Positions 14,931 to 27,919 are shown, counted from the first letter of the stretch. The stretch: 64,000 nt of DNA from the human T2T-CHM13v2.0 reference genome, Homo sapiens (GCF_009914755.1 NC_060939.1), one strand, 5' to 3'. Numbers and translations: made by a program. The notes: generated from the letters alone by a model not told the origin.

Positions 14931-16298
14931 TAATCACATGCTCTTTGGTCCAGTTGGGCTTCTCACTTTTCCAATTCTATTCACCTTATATATTTGGGGA
15001 CCAGATCTCCTGGATTTGGATGGTGTGACATATCAGATAGGATTAGGTCTCACAGCATGGGACAGACACCCCAAATAATAAGGGTTTAAAACAAGATAAA
15101 AGTTTATGTCTTCTTAAATGTAAAATGAGTCCCAGGACACGGAGCACAATATTGGTACTGGCATCAGGGGCCCAGGCTTCCGCAGCTGGAAATCCTATTC
15201 ATAAAAAGGAGAGGGAGAATGGTCAGCAGGCAGCTAGCAGTCTGTGCTATGTGTGGATCCAGTATTGTGTCTTCCTCTTCAGCCCTGATTGTCTGTTTTC
15301 ATGCTATGTTGCCTCTTCCAGTAGAAAGAAAGAGAGAAGCTCTCAGATTGGCCATACCCAGTGAAACACTTTTGATCTACTAAATATATGTTCATTCCAA
15401 CAGAAAGGCATGAAATTTATTAATATAAGCATTGTACTAAATGCATTACATGTTACCAATATTGATATTATATGTATTTATATGATCACATAACCAATAT
15501 TTTTCACTCCTATTTGCAGTTTCAGGGTTAGTTCTTCCACGAGGTCCTTTTTAGCATTGATATTCTCTGAATCCAAGTAGCTATAAAATGCGTCAACAGC
15601 CCTTTTTCCTCCTGACTAGCAATCTGTGAACTTGGCCACTCTGCTTAGCAAGTCAACTTGAAAAAAAATCACAGCAACTTAAGAAGGTGGGCCTGATTCT
15701 CTAAGAAACCGCAGCCATCTGAGGATATAGGCCACTTTATGCAATGATACTATTCTGCTCTTCGTTTCTCATGAGGAGGGGCCCAAGAAGGATATTCCCA
15801 ATTGGTAAGACTGATGTGTGCAGGAAGAAAAAACCAACCACTAAATCGGGGTTGGAAGTGAGAAGAAAGGAACTAAAATTTTATGTCTGCTTAATAAATG
15901 CCCACTATTTTTACCCTGTGAATTAGGTATTTGTTATCTCCGCCTTGAAGGTAAGGACATGAGGTTGCACAAGGTTGAGTAATGTTCCCATATCTTTACC
16001 ACTAGCAAGCAGTCACTCCACTATTAGAACCTAGTTCTGTTTTCCTCCAAGTCCTGTGCAATTTCTTCCATGTAAAAAAAAAAAAAAAAAAAAAAAAAAG
16101 GCTGGCTAACTAAACACTTTATGAAAAATCCATACAATGTGGTCATGGGGTAAATCCAAAAAGCAAGCACTAGGAAAACCAGCATATAATATTTTACTTA
16201 TAATATAGACCTATACTTGTGTGAAAAGTGCAGCCAAACGACTGGAGATAAGTAAGCCATTTTCTTAACAAGAGTTGCCTCTTGGCACTGGGCTTACC

Positions 16299-16492
16299 CA
16301 GTGGTTTCTCTGGAACTGGCTAGCAAGAGACTATTGTTAAATATTTAGAAATGTTGAGAGCTAGTTGTTAAGCTGTTGGTAGCTTCAAATTGAACACAAC
16401 TGAAGTATTTACACCGTGGAAACTGGCAAAGGCTATATAACCCAGGCTCCCTCCCTACTGCCCCAAAAGCCAGCTTACAAGCATATTACTCA
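16299..16492 (+). mobile_element. hAT-Blackjack MITE, MER63A-like
   Basis: cagtggtt...attgttaaatattt...gttggtagcttcaaat...gtatttacaccgtggaaactggcaaaggcta. Confidence 0.65.
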
Positions 16493-16701
16493 CTTTTCAG
16501 GCTTTCCATGCTTTGGGTATTGTGTTTTGTATTTACCCCTTTCTACTATAGCATAAATTAGCTCATGACCAAGAAAATAATAAATCCAGCAATGAATTAA
16601 GAAAGAGCAAAATGAAACTAAACTAAACTTAAATGAAACTAAACTAAATTAGCTTCCAGAAAACCTGTAGATGATCTGAACTGGCTCTCCCCCATTCTTG
16701 C

Positions 16702-17078
16702 TGCTACGGTCTAAATGTTTGTGTCCTCCAGAAATTCATATGTTGAAATCCTAACTCCCAGTGTGATGGTATTAGAAGGTTGGGCTTTTGAGAGGTAATT
16801 AGGTTATGAGGGTGGAGCCTCATGAATGGGATTAGTGTCCATATTGTGTCTCTGGGCCACAGAAGCCGCAGAGAGCTGCCTTGCTCCTTCTACCATGGTA
16901 GGTCACAGCACGAAGGTGTCATCTGTTAACCAGGAAACAGATCTTCACCAGATGCTGAATGTGCTGGCATCTTGCTCTTGGACTTCCCAGCTACCAGAAC
17001 TGTGAGAAATAATAGTTTTTGTTTATAAGCCACCCAGTGTATGGTATTTTGTCATAGCAGCCCAAATGGACTAAGCCA
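16702..17078 (+). mobile_element. MaLR LTR (MLT1A-like), complete
   Basis: tgctacggtctaaatgtttgtgtcc...atagcagcccaaatggactaagcca with exact 5 bp TSD cttgc. Confidence 0.9.
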
Positions 17079-18203
17079 CTTGCTATTTTCTTTGAACTCA
17101 GAGTTGGCTGTTGGGTCAAAGAAAGACATGAAGCTTCGTATGTGTTCTCAGGGTGCAGCACCCTGCTGGTCTCTGCCTTAGGGAATGTGTGTCATCAGCC
17201 TAAATAAAGGAGAACAGCTGTATGTGCAAGGATGTGGGTCACATGGCACATTTTCCCAGAGTTCTTTTTGGAAACTGAGCCATCCTTTGGTCACAGGTGG
17301 TCTTACAGTAACTTGGGTGGCTTACAATTTCTTTATTGCTTTGCTTCATTCTATAAATCTAACTCCAAGGAGGACAAATGCTAGATTTAATAGGATATGT
17401 AAGATATAATTAACCTCCTCAGCCTGCTCATAGAAGATGAACAGTGAAGTTGAATTTCTCTGCCTGAGCACTGCAGAGGCAGAAAAAGACCACCTCCCTG
17501 CAACCTGTACATATGTGGTTATACTTCGCAGGTGCACACCGCACATACCATTAGGCACATGAAATTAGAGACACACTCAACAAAGTGCTCTATTCACCTG
17601 CCACAGTCTTGACATCAATATCATTATGAGCACATAGCTTTGATGGGGGTGAGCCGAGACTGTAATAAGACACCTATTGCAACTGTGGAGTAATATGATA
17701 AGCAGACCAGATAAAACAGGCAGCTTTCAATCCAAAGTCCAGAAGGGCACACAGAGACTTTTTTTTAGTCTCTTGCCTGTCTGGTCTGCTGAGTCATGGT
17801 CCTAACTTCTGTTGTTGGAAAAGGGAGCTTTGTATCAAATTATCCTTCACCCAGGGAGGCAAAACAGCCCCGTTTGTCCTGGCAAATTTCCTCCTGTTTG
17901 AGTCACTGAAATTAAACATTGAAAAGACCTATTATTTCCTCTGTCCATCCTCGGGGGAGTGATATAAAACAGATTCTTATATTCATTGCCTCTGTTTCTT
18001 CCTCCATCTGATTCTAATTAAAATAGCTGAGAAAATATCTATGGCCTAATTCGGAACCAGCAGAGCATAAGAATGATGGCTGTGCCAAATCAAATCAAGC
18101 AATATTTATTGAATAGCTCCACTCTTTGTCGAAATTCTTCTTAGCAGTTCTACTTCCTCAGCTAACTCACTGTATCCAAAATAGCATAGCTTACTGATTT
18201 GGG

Positions 18204-18242
<39 letters not shown>

Positions 18243-18244
18243 AT
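18204..18244. repeat. (TAAA)n microsatellite
   Basis: About 10 perfect TAAA units. Confidence 0.95.
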
Positions 18245-19726
18245 GTAATAACAGATGCTATTTGTTGATCATATGTTTTGTGCCTGCTATTAGGCTATGT
18301 GTGTTATATTCATTATCATTTAATTTCCTCTGCCTGAAGCGTAGCTATTATTCTCCCATACTATAAATGAGGAAACAGAGACTCTGAGGAGTTGAGTAGC
18401 ATGGTAACTAACACCATGTCCCTTCGCGGGTCATTCGTAGTCAGAATTCACCAAAGGCACCCTTCTAATACCTTGCCATGATGTTTCTCCACACTAACTT
18501 CTTTATCAAGATGATTGGATCCACTCCTCCATCTTATTTTCAAAAATAAATTTGAAAATTTCATATGCAGTTTTGGTGAGAGAAATGGAAAGACAAAAAT
18601 CCGTGGAGAAAGGAGCAATTTGTGAAATATTCAATCCAGCTCGCACTAAACATCACAAAAGAGAAATGCACACTCTTTTGTGCATTTGAGTCAACTTTGA
18701 GTTAGTACATCGGCCTTAGAGATTTAATGCACAGTAGCCCCTTGCACACTGAAAAGGCTGGGAGGAATTAGGTGTCAGCCTTCCAAGACTGCGGCGCTTA
18801 CCTGAATCATACAATGCCAGAGCTCATATGTCTAGCCATTTTCACTGGAAACGAACATAACAATCTGTCCCTTTATATGTAATTGCCTCTATTATAGCAT
18901 GATGTTTCAAGCAGAGCTCCACAGAGAGAAAGGGGAAATAAAACACTTTGTTTACACCCCTGGCAAACAAAAATGCTTTCCAAACATTAGCTTTGTTCTT
19001 CCCGTTAAACACATATTTTACAGCAAATTCTTCTTGTAAGTTGTTTTCTCCAACGTGCAGGTCAATAAATGCTCTCATTATGGAATTCATCAGAGGATGA
19101 TTTGTTGAGACATTAATCCAATTCAGCAGAGTCTCCTGAACAATCTCCTAATGTTTACAGACTCTTACTTTTTTTAAATTTCATGATCAAAAGAGTGTAG
19201 CAAATGCTACATATTTATTATGCTCTTTCTTTCTGTGTGCCAAAGGTTAATCACACAGTAAGTCTGAAGGCTCCATTTCCCTGATTCCTTTCAACTTTGA
19301 GTTAGTACATTGGCCTTAGAGATTTAAATCAACATCTCTCAATTGGAATTACCCCCCAAATTCCATCTGAGCTTTTTTGATTGCACAGCCTTTTTGCTGA
19401 AATCAATGACAAACATGACCTCGAGATGAGCTGCAAAGAACTCTGTAGGAAAGATTGGTCAAGACACTTTTTAGAGCAAAACATCTTCAAATTTAAATTC
19501 TATGAATTAAGCACCTACTAGGGAAATATATCTACTGAGTACTTTCTCATGCTCCAAATATTTTCAAGATCTCTCACAGATATCATTTTCATTTCTATGT
19601 ATGGTATATTACTACACCTTATTGTTCAGAAAAGAAAACTGATTGAAAGGTTATGTGATAGGCAGAGCTAGAATCTAAAATAAGGATTATCTTGCCTCAG
19701 AACTTACCGTCTTTCCACCAGGAAAG

Positions 19727-19930
19727 CAAGGTCAGAAAACTATGATCCTGTGGCCTGTGGTTTTTGTAAATAAAGTTTTATTGGGACACAGCCATGCCCA
19801 TTTGTTTGTGTGTCATCTATGGCAGCTTTTGCAATACAATGAGAGTTGAGCAGCTGCAACAAAGATTATCTGCCCCCAGAAGACTAAAATTTTACTATCT
19901 GGCCCTTTACAGAAAATGGTGACCTCTACT
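19727..19930 (+). mobile_element. hAT-Charlie MITE, MER58A-like
   Basis: tttttgtaaataaagttttattgggacacagccatgcccatttg...tttactatctggccctttacagaaaa. Confidence 0.85.
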
Positions 19931-20507
19931 ATAAAGAATTGTAACGTATTCTAGAATACATAGTGATGAATGAACATGGTTTCCACTTTCCAGCAATTCA
20001 AATTCTAGTTGAAGAGGCCAACAAACACCTAAGAAGCTCTCTAACAAAGATGTTCTACCTCAACAATTTGGACTTCTAAGGAAGAGAATATCTTTTTATT
20101 CCTCTCATCAAACAGCTCAAGCCCATATTACTTTGGCAAGGTTGTTATTTTTTTTTGACCTCTAGGATTCCCACTTCTTCTGTGAAAATTCCAAGCTCTC
20201 AGGGCCCCTATAGTCCAGCACATCAATCTGAGACACAATTGCTTGGTTGAAACAAAACTGGAGCCACTGCTCTGTGCCTCTTGGGCCCCGCTGTCCATTG
20301 CCATTGTGCCCACTGCAATCTTACGATGTCACCAGAAAAATGTAGTTGCTTGGTCCAGGATTTGAAAAGGGCATGTTCCTGCCTGAAACCTAGGGGCTTC
20401 TTATCTAGCAAGTCTCCTCATTGACAAAGAGCAATTCTGAATTGAGGGTCTTCCCTTGTATTGGTGGTAATTTCTCCAGAACAAGACCCCTTGTTACCCT
20501 GATTCTT

Positions 20508-20836
<329 letters not shown>

Positions 20837-21069
20837 TCCTTGTTACCCTGATTCTTAATATGTGCCAAGGACATGCAGTGCTGGATGTCTGGCTCCAATG
20901 CCACGTGTTAAATTTCAGGTCAGTGGTTGAGCCTAGTTGGCTCCTAAATCTTGGGTGTCATCAGTGCAGACTTCTAGCCCTGAGGTTCTGCTCCACTCGA
21001 CCCTGCTCTCAGTGAGGTTTTACGTGCATCTTGGCATCTTTCAAGATTCCTCCCTGTGACTGTTTGCTT

Positions 21070-22120
21070 TAAATGTTCTGGCTTCCATTTTCTGAACTTA
21101 GTGGCAGAAAGCTAGCCCTTTCTTTCAGTAATCTAAGGACAATTAGCCATTTATCTGAATCCTTTGATTTGGCCAAACTCAAGGGCTTCTTAGCGAATTC
21201 ATTATAGTACCCCCTGTTATACCATTTGATGGGAGCAGTTTTTAAGTGGTCAGATACTTTATGTTTACCAGGAATGCCCAAATTAAGCATGTTATTTGAT
21301 GCCTTTTTTTGAAGCTCTTGTCTTCAGATGCAGACATCACACTTGTCATCACCATTAAAGAGAGCTGAGATGTAGCAAACTGAAAAAAGCCTTGGATTTT
21401 TCTTTTTCTTTTGGCTTTACATTGGGAAAGATTTCCCAAACCTCCAATTCTCTCTTGCATCTCAAAGCAGATATCAATGGATAATTTCAGTCCTGCTCAA
21501 ATGCAGAGCACATAACTATTTTGAATCATGAAGAGTAAATTCTACGTGTTGGTTTTCATATAAAAATATATGGATACAGCACCCTTGGCAAAATGTCATT
21601 TGGTTAAATATTTCACTTGAAAATCCCTTTGAAGGAGATAAGGCATAGTTCAGAACATTTCTATCCCAGCTAACTGGAATACTACATAGAGTAGTAGACC
21701 CTCAAAGTCTTTTCATGATCAGAGTGAGTGCCAACAGGAAACTGATATTTTGAGGAAATTTGTCTCAATTTACCTTGGATTTCTGTTTGGCTTCTAGTCC
21801 AGAGTCTCTGGGTAGGATAAGATTCTGCAAAACGACTGAAGTGATCCATCACTGCAAATGCGTATCCAAGGTTCCAGCTGTCAGGTTGAAAAGACAAGGT
21901 TTTCCCCACACTTAACTAGAGGTGTGTTGTTTTGTGTTATTTCCAGTTCAGTTTTCCATGGAAGAGAGTTCTTCTGCTGGGTGCTTTGAGACTCAGTCTT
22001 ACAGTTGGAAGCCATGTCCTCAAATCTTATGATAACTCCCCACCACAGCCCCAGATTTTACATTGATTGTTGATTCTTTCCCTGCTCAGATGGCCAACAT
22101 AATCAGGAAATTTTATTTGA
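21070..22120 (-). pseudogene. Gypsy integrase fossil (Zn-binding, DDE core, GPY/F domains)
   Basis: PDYVGHLSRERI...NCKT..QQKNSLP; LSFQPDS..YAFAVMDHFSRFAESYPT; FPVGTHSDH/DFEG; TMPY..QRDFQ/EIFNQ; LSIDICF; NLGIPGKHKVSDHLKTAP...FLPL (ORFs 21682-21909, 21242-21460, 21069-21290). Confidence 0.9.
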
Positions 22121-22454
22121 GCCTTGAGATGATTTTCCCATGCCACTTCCCCAGCTTGAGTTGAGGGCAGTGGGAGAGGGAGAGTGAGAAGACTACAGCT
22201 GTGATTGAGTGAGTTTAAATCCCAAACTCATTGAATATCCCTAAGAGACAATTTAAGCCGGAAGGGACTGAGTCACCTTCAGCAGGGATTCCAGAATTAC
22301 TACATAGAAGGGCTAGAGACAGAAATCATATCAGAAGGGAGGAGCAGGAACCATGGACCCTGACTTGCTTAGCACTTATAGTGATCCTGTTTAAATGCCA
22401 AAATTAAGAAATGCTTAACATCAGTGGAAGTGGTAGCTTGAAAGCTAAGATGGT

Positions 22455-22838
22455 ATAGTAAACATTACTAGGGCTTATGAAAGTGTCTGTTTCCTCTCCC
22501 TTGGGACACATACTCCTAAAAAGTTTTGTGTGTGGCCATTCAATTTCCTTTGGACTGTGAAATACAAGTGGAAATGATGTATATCACTTGTGTGTGGAAG
22601 CACTTATGGGCTGTAGCACGACTCTCCCTGCTCTCTGCCTCGACCGTGGGAGATCCTGAAGACTTATATTAAGATGGTTATGGCATGAGATGATAAAGAT
22701 TTTATCACCCTGGGGTTGTAAATAACTATAATAGACCCACGCTACGCATGCATCATGAGTGGGAAATAAACCTTTGTTACTTTAAGCTACTGGGACTTGA
22801 GGGTTGTTTGTTACTGTAGTTAGCATATCCTGATTGAT
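22455..22838 (+). mobile_element. MaLR LTR (old MLT1) nested between Gypsy RNase H and integrase
   Basis: gaaataaacctttgttactttaagctactgggacttgagggttgtttgttactgtag...tcctgattgat (MLT1 3' end). Confidence 0.8.
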
Positions 22839-23169
22839 GAAGGTGTTCAGTTACAGAACATTAAAGTTATATTCTTGCACATCTAATTTTATGTTTGTAA
22901 ATTTCAAACCTACTACACAACCATTTAACGTATATGAATTCAATGGTAACTGCTCAGCAGGAAAAATACCAGCTTTTAAAAAGTGTGGCTGATGAGTCCC
23001 GTTATCTGTCAAGGAACACGTGTCTCACACTGTGATGTAAGCCGGCTGCTCCTTCTGTGGGTCCCAGGTCTCTCAGGCTGCACACAGTGTAAGAATATTG
23101 CACACTGAGGGACTCTAGCCTTTAAAAATAATTTTTATTTTATTTTATACAAGATAACCCAAACACAAA

Positions 23170-23460
23170 CCAATTACATCGTCTGGAGTTTTACCAGTGA
23201 AATACCAAACTCTTCCCATGTTGAAACAAAATACAGGCTGTGCCACTGGCTCCTTATGCTACAGCAAAGCAATGTAGTTTGTGGATGGGATATCAAGCCT
23301 CACTATCAGGCAGACTTCTGCTGGTGAAAATTAGGGACTTCCTGAACTTGCTATAGTTCAACCTGTAGGCCCCAAGACCTATAGTTTTATTGCAGACAAA
23401 GAGCTGATGGGGTCAGCAAATGCCGCATCAGAAGCCCCACTAAACAGCTCCTGAAAACCT
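23170..23460 (-). pseudogene. Gypsy RNase H fossil
   Basis: AFADP; IGLGA (23368-23382); LIFTSRSLPDSEA*YPIHKLHCFA (~23265-23335), cf. YASRSLxxSExNYPxHKLEFLAL. Confidence 0.85.
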
Positions 23461-23609
23461 GAGCACCTGCCTACACATGATGCCTGAAGACCTCCAGAGG
23501 GTTCAGGGTTTGTGACGACACTTGACTCTCCTCTGGTCCGCAAGCTCTCCCTTTCTTCTCAGTGTTCCCAGTGCAAATTGAGGGTTTAAGGCCATGACCA
23601 TTTAAAGGG

Positions 23610-24400
23610 TTGTGGAGCAATGGAATACTTTTCTACAAAACTTCTGAATACCCACTGAATCCTATAAGATGTAAAAATCTACTTTAATAGGGTCAATTGG
23701 TAATAGTGATAGTCTTGAAGGCCGCTGCTCATCCATTTCTTTGGGGCCCTATAATCGATTTTGTTAAGATACCTTATTCCTTACATATTTAAGGCCAGCA
23801 GGATTGGTTATGGCAAGGGGGATATTTCAGAGTGCTTTCTCCCAGGTAGTTCAATAGAAGGGTAGTTTCAATATCCTTTCAAAGAAAATTATATCATCCA
23901 GATGTAAGATAATGAAATATAGATATAAGACACCAACACATCAAGATAGTTTATGTCCCCAATGACATTTTTTATCAACACCAGAAAGAAAGAAGGGGCT
24001 CTCAAGTATCTTAGGGTACCCTTTCAAATTGTTAGACCTCTACAGGAAAGAAAGATGCTATCTTCCTTTGTCGTTTTGTTTGTTTGTTTGTTTGTTTGTT
24101 TGTTTTTGTTTTTTTCTTTTGCCATAGCCATTTGATAATACACACTTCTCAAATCCATCACTGAAAAGTTTACTCCCTAGTAGGAAGTCCAGGACATTTT
24201 ATTTTCAACTGTTGAATACAATTTGATAATCCAAGCAGGACTGAATTTTACCCACTTTTCACCCTAGCTCAGTGGGGAAGATTTTGGGCAATGGAACATC
24301 AAAATGATGCGGTGATTCAGTAGAGTCTAAGGAAGTCTCATAGATGATGACACTCAGACACTGAAATATTCTTATCTCTTGTGGTTCTATTTGATGCTGT
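23610..24400 (-). pseudogene. Gypsy reverse transcriptase fossil
   Basis: IILMFHCPKSSPL; KIQSCLDYQ; FSVMDLRSVYYQMAMAKE (24121-24167); KIASFFP..QFERVP; APSFF..VIGDINYLDVLV; HLDDIIFF (23881-23904); KYVRNKVS; IGFSGY/RSFVEKYSIA. Confidence 0.9.
24074..24120. repeat. (TTTG)n microsatellite inside the Gypsy RT
   Basis: gttttgtttgtttgtttgtttgtttgtttgtttttgttttttt. Confidence 0.9.
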
Positions 24401-24449
24401 TTGCCCTGGATTGCACACTTAACGTTTTCCCTCTATTTTCTTGTGTGAA

Positions 24450-24880
24450 GCTTGGAGAGGCAGTGTTTGGTTCCTCTCCCTTCTATTTTCATAGTCTCTG
24501 CGCACAGGTGGTGAATGGGAGGATCATCCAGAAACTTTGGCCCTGGGTAAGCATTTTTAAATCCTGAAATGGGTTCCTAGCAATACAGATATCTTTTCCA
24601 TATTTTCTGGATCGAGGTGTGCAACTGCTTACCTGGCTTTTCCTTGGGATATTTCGTCCTGACAATCAGATCATGAATAAAGAATCCCAATTTATCAACT
24701 TTCTGGAATGGGAGTGGCTCTAAGTTTTTCTTCTAAAATGTACCTGAAAGTAAGGCATGAGCTCATAAATGGGTAGGAAGGACTGGATCTTTAATAAATT
24801 GGGCACCTCTGGGTGCTGCAAACAGAGCTGAGTGTTTTGCATACTTCTGATGGGGTGGTCAGTAACAACCCTGTACCTAG
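24450..24880 (-). pseudogene. PNMA-like Gypsy gag capsid remnant
   Basis: LCLQHP (cf. ESLRGP), FQKVDKLGFFIHDL (cf. YQxxGEKxSxYxxRL), DPPIHHLCAETMKIE (cf. PPSFLELMKVIREEE), with ~180 nt Q-to-PP spacing as in PNMA capsid. Confidence 0.5.
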
Positions 24881-25639
24881 GTTAGTGTCTGTAACAGAAC
24901 CACGAGCTATAAAGTTCTAGAAAGGTGTGGGAACTGGATTTTGAAAACTGGAGCAGTTTTCTTGGGCAGGAAGTTTGGGGTGCTTCCCTCTAACTCAGTC
25001 AATTCATGTTAACAATAATTCCCTCTTTCCCAACCCAAGTACTTGGGGTATATTTGGCCCAGGACAGCCTTTTCTTCTCTGCTTGTTTATGTATTTCTAG
25101 TGCATGAGGTGAAGCAATAAAACCACACTACTTTTTAAAACAAATATACATTAGAACAGTCAAATGGGTGGTGGTATCTTCAAAATAGTTCTTATCAGAT
25201 ACTAGATATTTGTTCTAGTGATGCTTCCAGGGCTCAGGGTGGTAGTGAGGATGTGGATCTCCTCTTGGGAAGAACCTCTAGAGTTCATGTGTCATTCTGA
25301 GATATTCTCAATACAGCAAATTGTCAGCTGTGAAGGACTCATACAGCAAATAGCCGAAAGTTAAATAAACTCTATTATTATAAAAGGATGAAATTAAGCG
25401 CCCTCTGAGGTTCAGGTCAGGGGGTGGCCAGAATGGATGCTTCTGGTTATAGTTCAGAGTCCCCAGACACTAAGTGTCCTGGTTAAGGAAGGAGGGCTAC
25501 AGATGTGTGAGAACTGGAAATCAGAAGAAGCTAAAACTGGGGAAACAAATAGAAGGACTCTATTAGTCTGAGTCCTCTGAGAAAAAGATGCCAAGATGAG
25601 ATGAAATGTACAAGGCTTCTTATGAAGAGATATGCCCAC

Positions 25640-25930
25640 CTGAGAAAAAATATGGAGGGTGCTGGAGGGTCTTCAGTCCTCAAGGCAAGTCTGATACCAA
25701 GTGAGGGAGAGAGGGGAGGAGGCTGGATGGAAACTTCTGGATGGCCATGCAGTCTAATGGAGTTTTGATGCAGTCCCTGGGCATCCTTCTGCCAAATTTG
25801 GCCATCAGAGTAATCCCGTAGCTCCCAGAAATGATATCCCTGCCTTGTTCCATGGTTGACCGGGAGCAGCCAGTGGCTAAAGCTTGACCCCCATTTAGAG
25901 CACAGCAACTGGGGCTCTTGGTCCATGACA
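25640..25930 (-). mobile_element. Old ERVL/MaLR LTR fragment (LTR16-like)
   Basis: caagtctgataccaagtgagggagagaggg...gccatcagagtaatcccg...gggagcagcc. Confidence 0.45.
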
Positions 25931-26339
25931 TTCCTGGTTAATTACCCTTATTGGAAGTCTGCAAAGTGCATTTCCATCAATGCCAAAATAACCAAGATGA
26001 ACCCTGAGAAGGAAAGACTTTAGCCAAAAAAGGTTGATACCTAAAGGGCCTACTGACTCAGGACTAGGTTAGGAAGCCAAAGTGGTCATTGGCTCACTGA
26101 TGGAGTGGGAATGGGAGATCTCGGGCATGGGGGTAGCATCGACACTGGGTGATTAAGACAGAGGACACTGTGAGAGGTGGCTCCTCTGCAGCTGCCCACC
26201 ATCTGAGCCCAACTGCAGGCTCGCAAGGCAGCTCTGGAAGCTTCTGATGGATGCTCAAGCTGTATGGAGTTGGATTTGATTGTGAAAAATGAGATGTGAT
26301 GCTCCAATTAGGCTGTTTTCTGGTGTTACTAGAACTGGC

Positions 26340-26450
26340 TTGAAGGAAAATATTCCAGTTTCAGAAATAGTTTGATCAATGGCAGCGGTTTTGGAATAAC
26401 TATTTATTTTCCCAAAGGTACCACTTTGAAGGAAACAGTACTCATTTGGA
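26340..26450 (-). mobile_element. Mariner (MARNA-like) fragment
   Basis: Reverse strand tttccttcaaagtggtacctttggga...ttattccaaaaccgctgccattgatcaaactatttctgaaact. Confidence 0.5.
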
Positions 26451-26454
26451 CACA

Positions 26455-26680
26455 TAAGTTCTTGTGGCTCTGTTCCAAAATATTACTTCTTATTACTTAA
26501 TTAGCACCTTATTATTTTTTAGGAGTTGTTCACAACTGGTTTTACCTCTTCACCCATTTCACAAGCCCTACATACTCTTGTCAATAACATCTTTTACTAC
26601 TTCCCTAGAAGTGGCTCAGGAAGCAGAAAAAAGCAATACCCATCTCCCCGACCCCAGCACCAATGACAGGAGGCCTGATG
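26455..26680 (-). pseudogene. PNMA-like gag N-terminal remnant
   Basis: LL/HWCWG (cf. PNMA LLEDWCRG), PE/ATSREVVKDVI, GLVKWVKR, KVLIK**EVI. Confidence 0.4.
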
Positions 26681-27919
26681 TTAACTATGAGGAGATCTGA
26701 GAAGGCAAACACACTCATTCCTTCTCAGGGCAGAAGGGTGCCAAGGGACAGATTTTCTTGGTGGCTTTGCCTTGTTTCACTCACTCTGCCTACTCAGATG
26801 AAATATTCTGTTCCGCTCACTCTCCTACAGACATTGCACCAAGTCAGAGCATGCCATCCGTAAGGACAGTGTGAGTATAAGCGTGTAGGGGAAGGGTGAA
26901 GGATACATATTTCTCTTTCTGGTATATAAAGTCTAGCATTTAGGATCTTGCAGTGTCTAGCGTACAGTACCATGGAGGCAGGCCTAAGTGGAATATGAAG
27001 TCAATGCTGGAGGGAGTAGTTGTCTGCAATTCTCCCCGCCATGACCTCCCTTTGTCACATGGATGGCATACAGTTATGCTGAGATGGTGCCAAACTGGAA
27101 AGATGGGATTGGGAATTCTAGCATAAAAAATAACTACAAGTGCACCTCTCTGTGTCTGATATTTGTTCTTGCTCGTGTTTTGGAGTGAGGAGTTTGGAAT
27201 CTTTGCATACCCCGATGGAGTAAGGGGTGTCTTGTGGCCAAAGAAATCTCCTAAGATTCTGCAAGGAGATTATAAGGTGGCCATATATCAGAGCCCTAGG
27301 GTCCATGACTCCTGGGACTTGTGTGTGTGGGTGACTTCCAACCAAAGGCAAAATTCAGGATTCTGTGTCCAGGAAAGGAAAAGAGGACACTCAGTGTAAT
27401 ATCATATAGTCATTAGAAACATCTCCAAAATGGAAAATTCTAGACCAATAATGCTTTGTTTTTTTTCTCCTGAGGGAGGACTAGTCTAGGTGATTCACAT
27501 TCAGAAAACTTTTAAGAGTCAGGTAAGAGGTGGGGAGTTAGGAGGGAGAAAGAAGCGAAGCCCGGGAACCTCATCCTCTTCCCCACAGCTCAAGACTCCC
27601 GGTCACATCACAGGCAAGTAGAATTGGAGCCCTGGGAGGGGTATTTCAGAGACTACTCACACTCGACAAGGTCGAAAGTCTAGTCCTTGTCAGAGCCAGC
27701 ACCTTAACCCTAACTTTGGAAGTCAGGGCTCTTGCTCTTCAGAGTGCATGAGCACTGGTGAAAATTCTTTTTTCTTCTTCTAGAAAGGATGCTTGTTTGT
27801 CAATATTTAACATACTTGGACCCTAGGTCCTCTTTTGAACTGCCAGACACCTCTGAGGAACCACCAAGATTCTAGGAACACACCTGTGAACACTGTTGCC
27901 TAATGTTCTTATCGCTACC

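Noticed and set aside
25034-25047. 14 bp palindrome cccaagtacttggg
   Set aside because: A few such palindromes are expected by chance in 64 kb; no supporting context.
25397-25412. CTCF-like motif (gcgccctctgagg)
   Set aside because: Mismatches in the 5' half of the core and no other evidence.
24890-27720. Candidate LTRs/PBS for the Gypsy fossil (gttaca end near 24890; LTR-like sequence near 27530-27700)
   Set aside because: No matching second LTR, PBS or TSD could be identified by eye, so element ends are left undefined.
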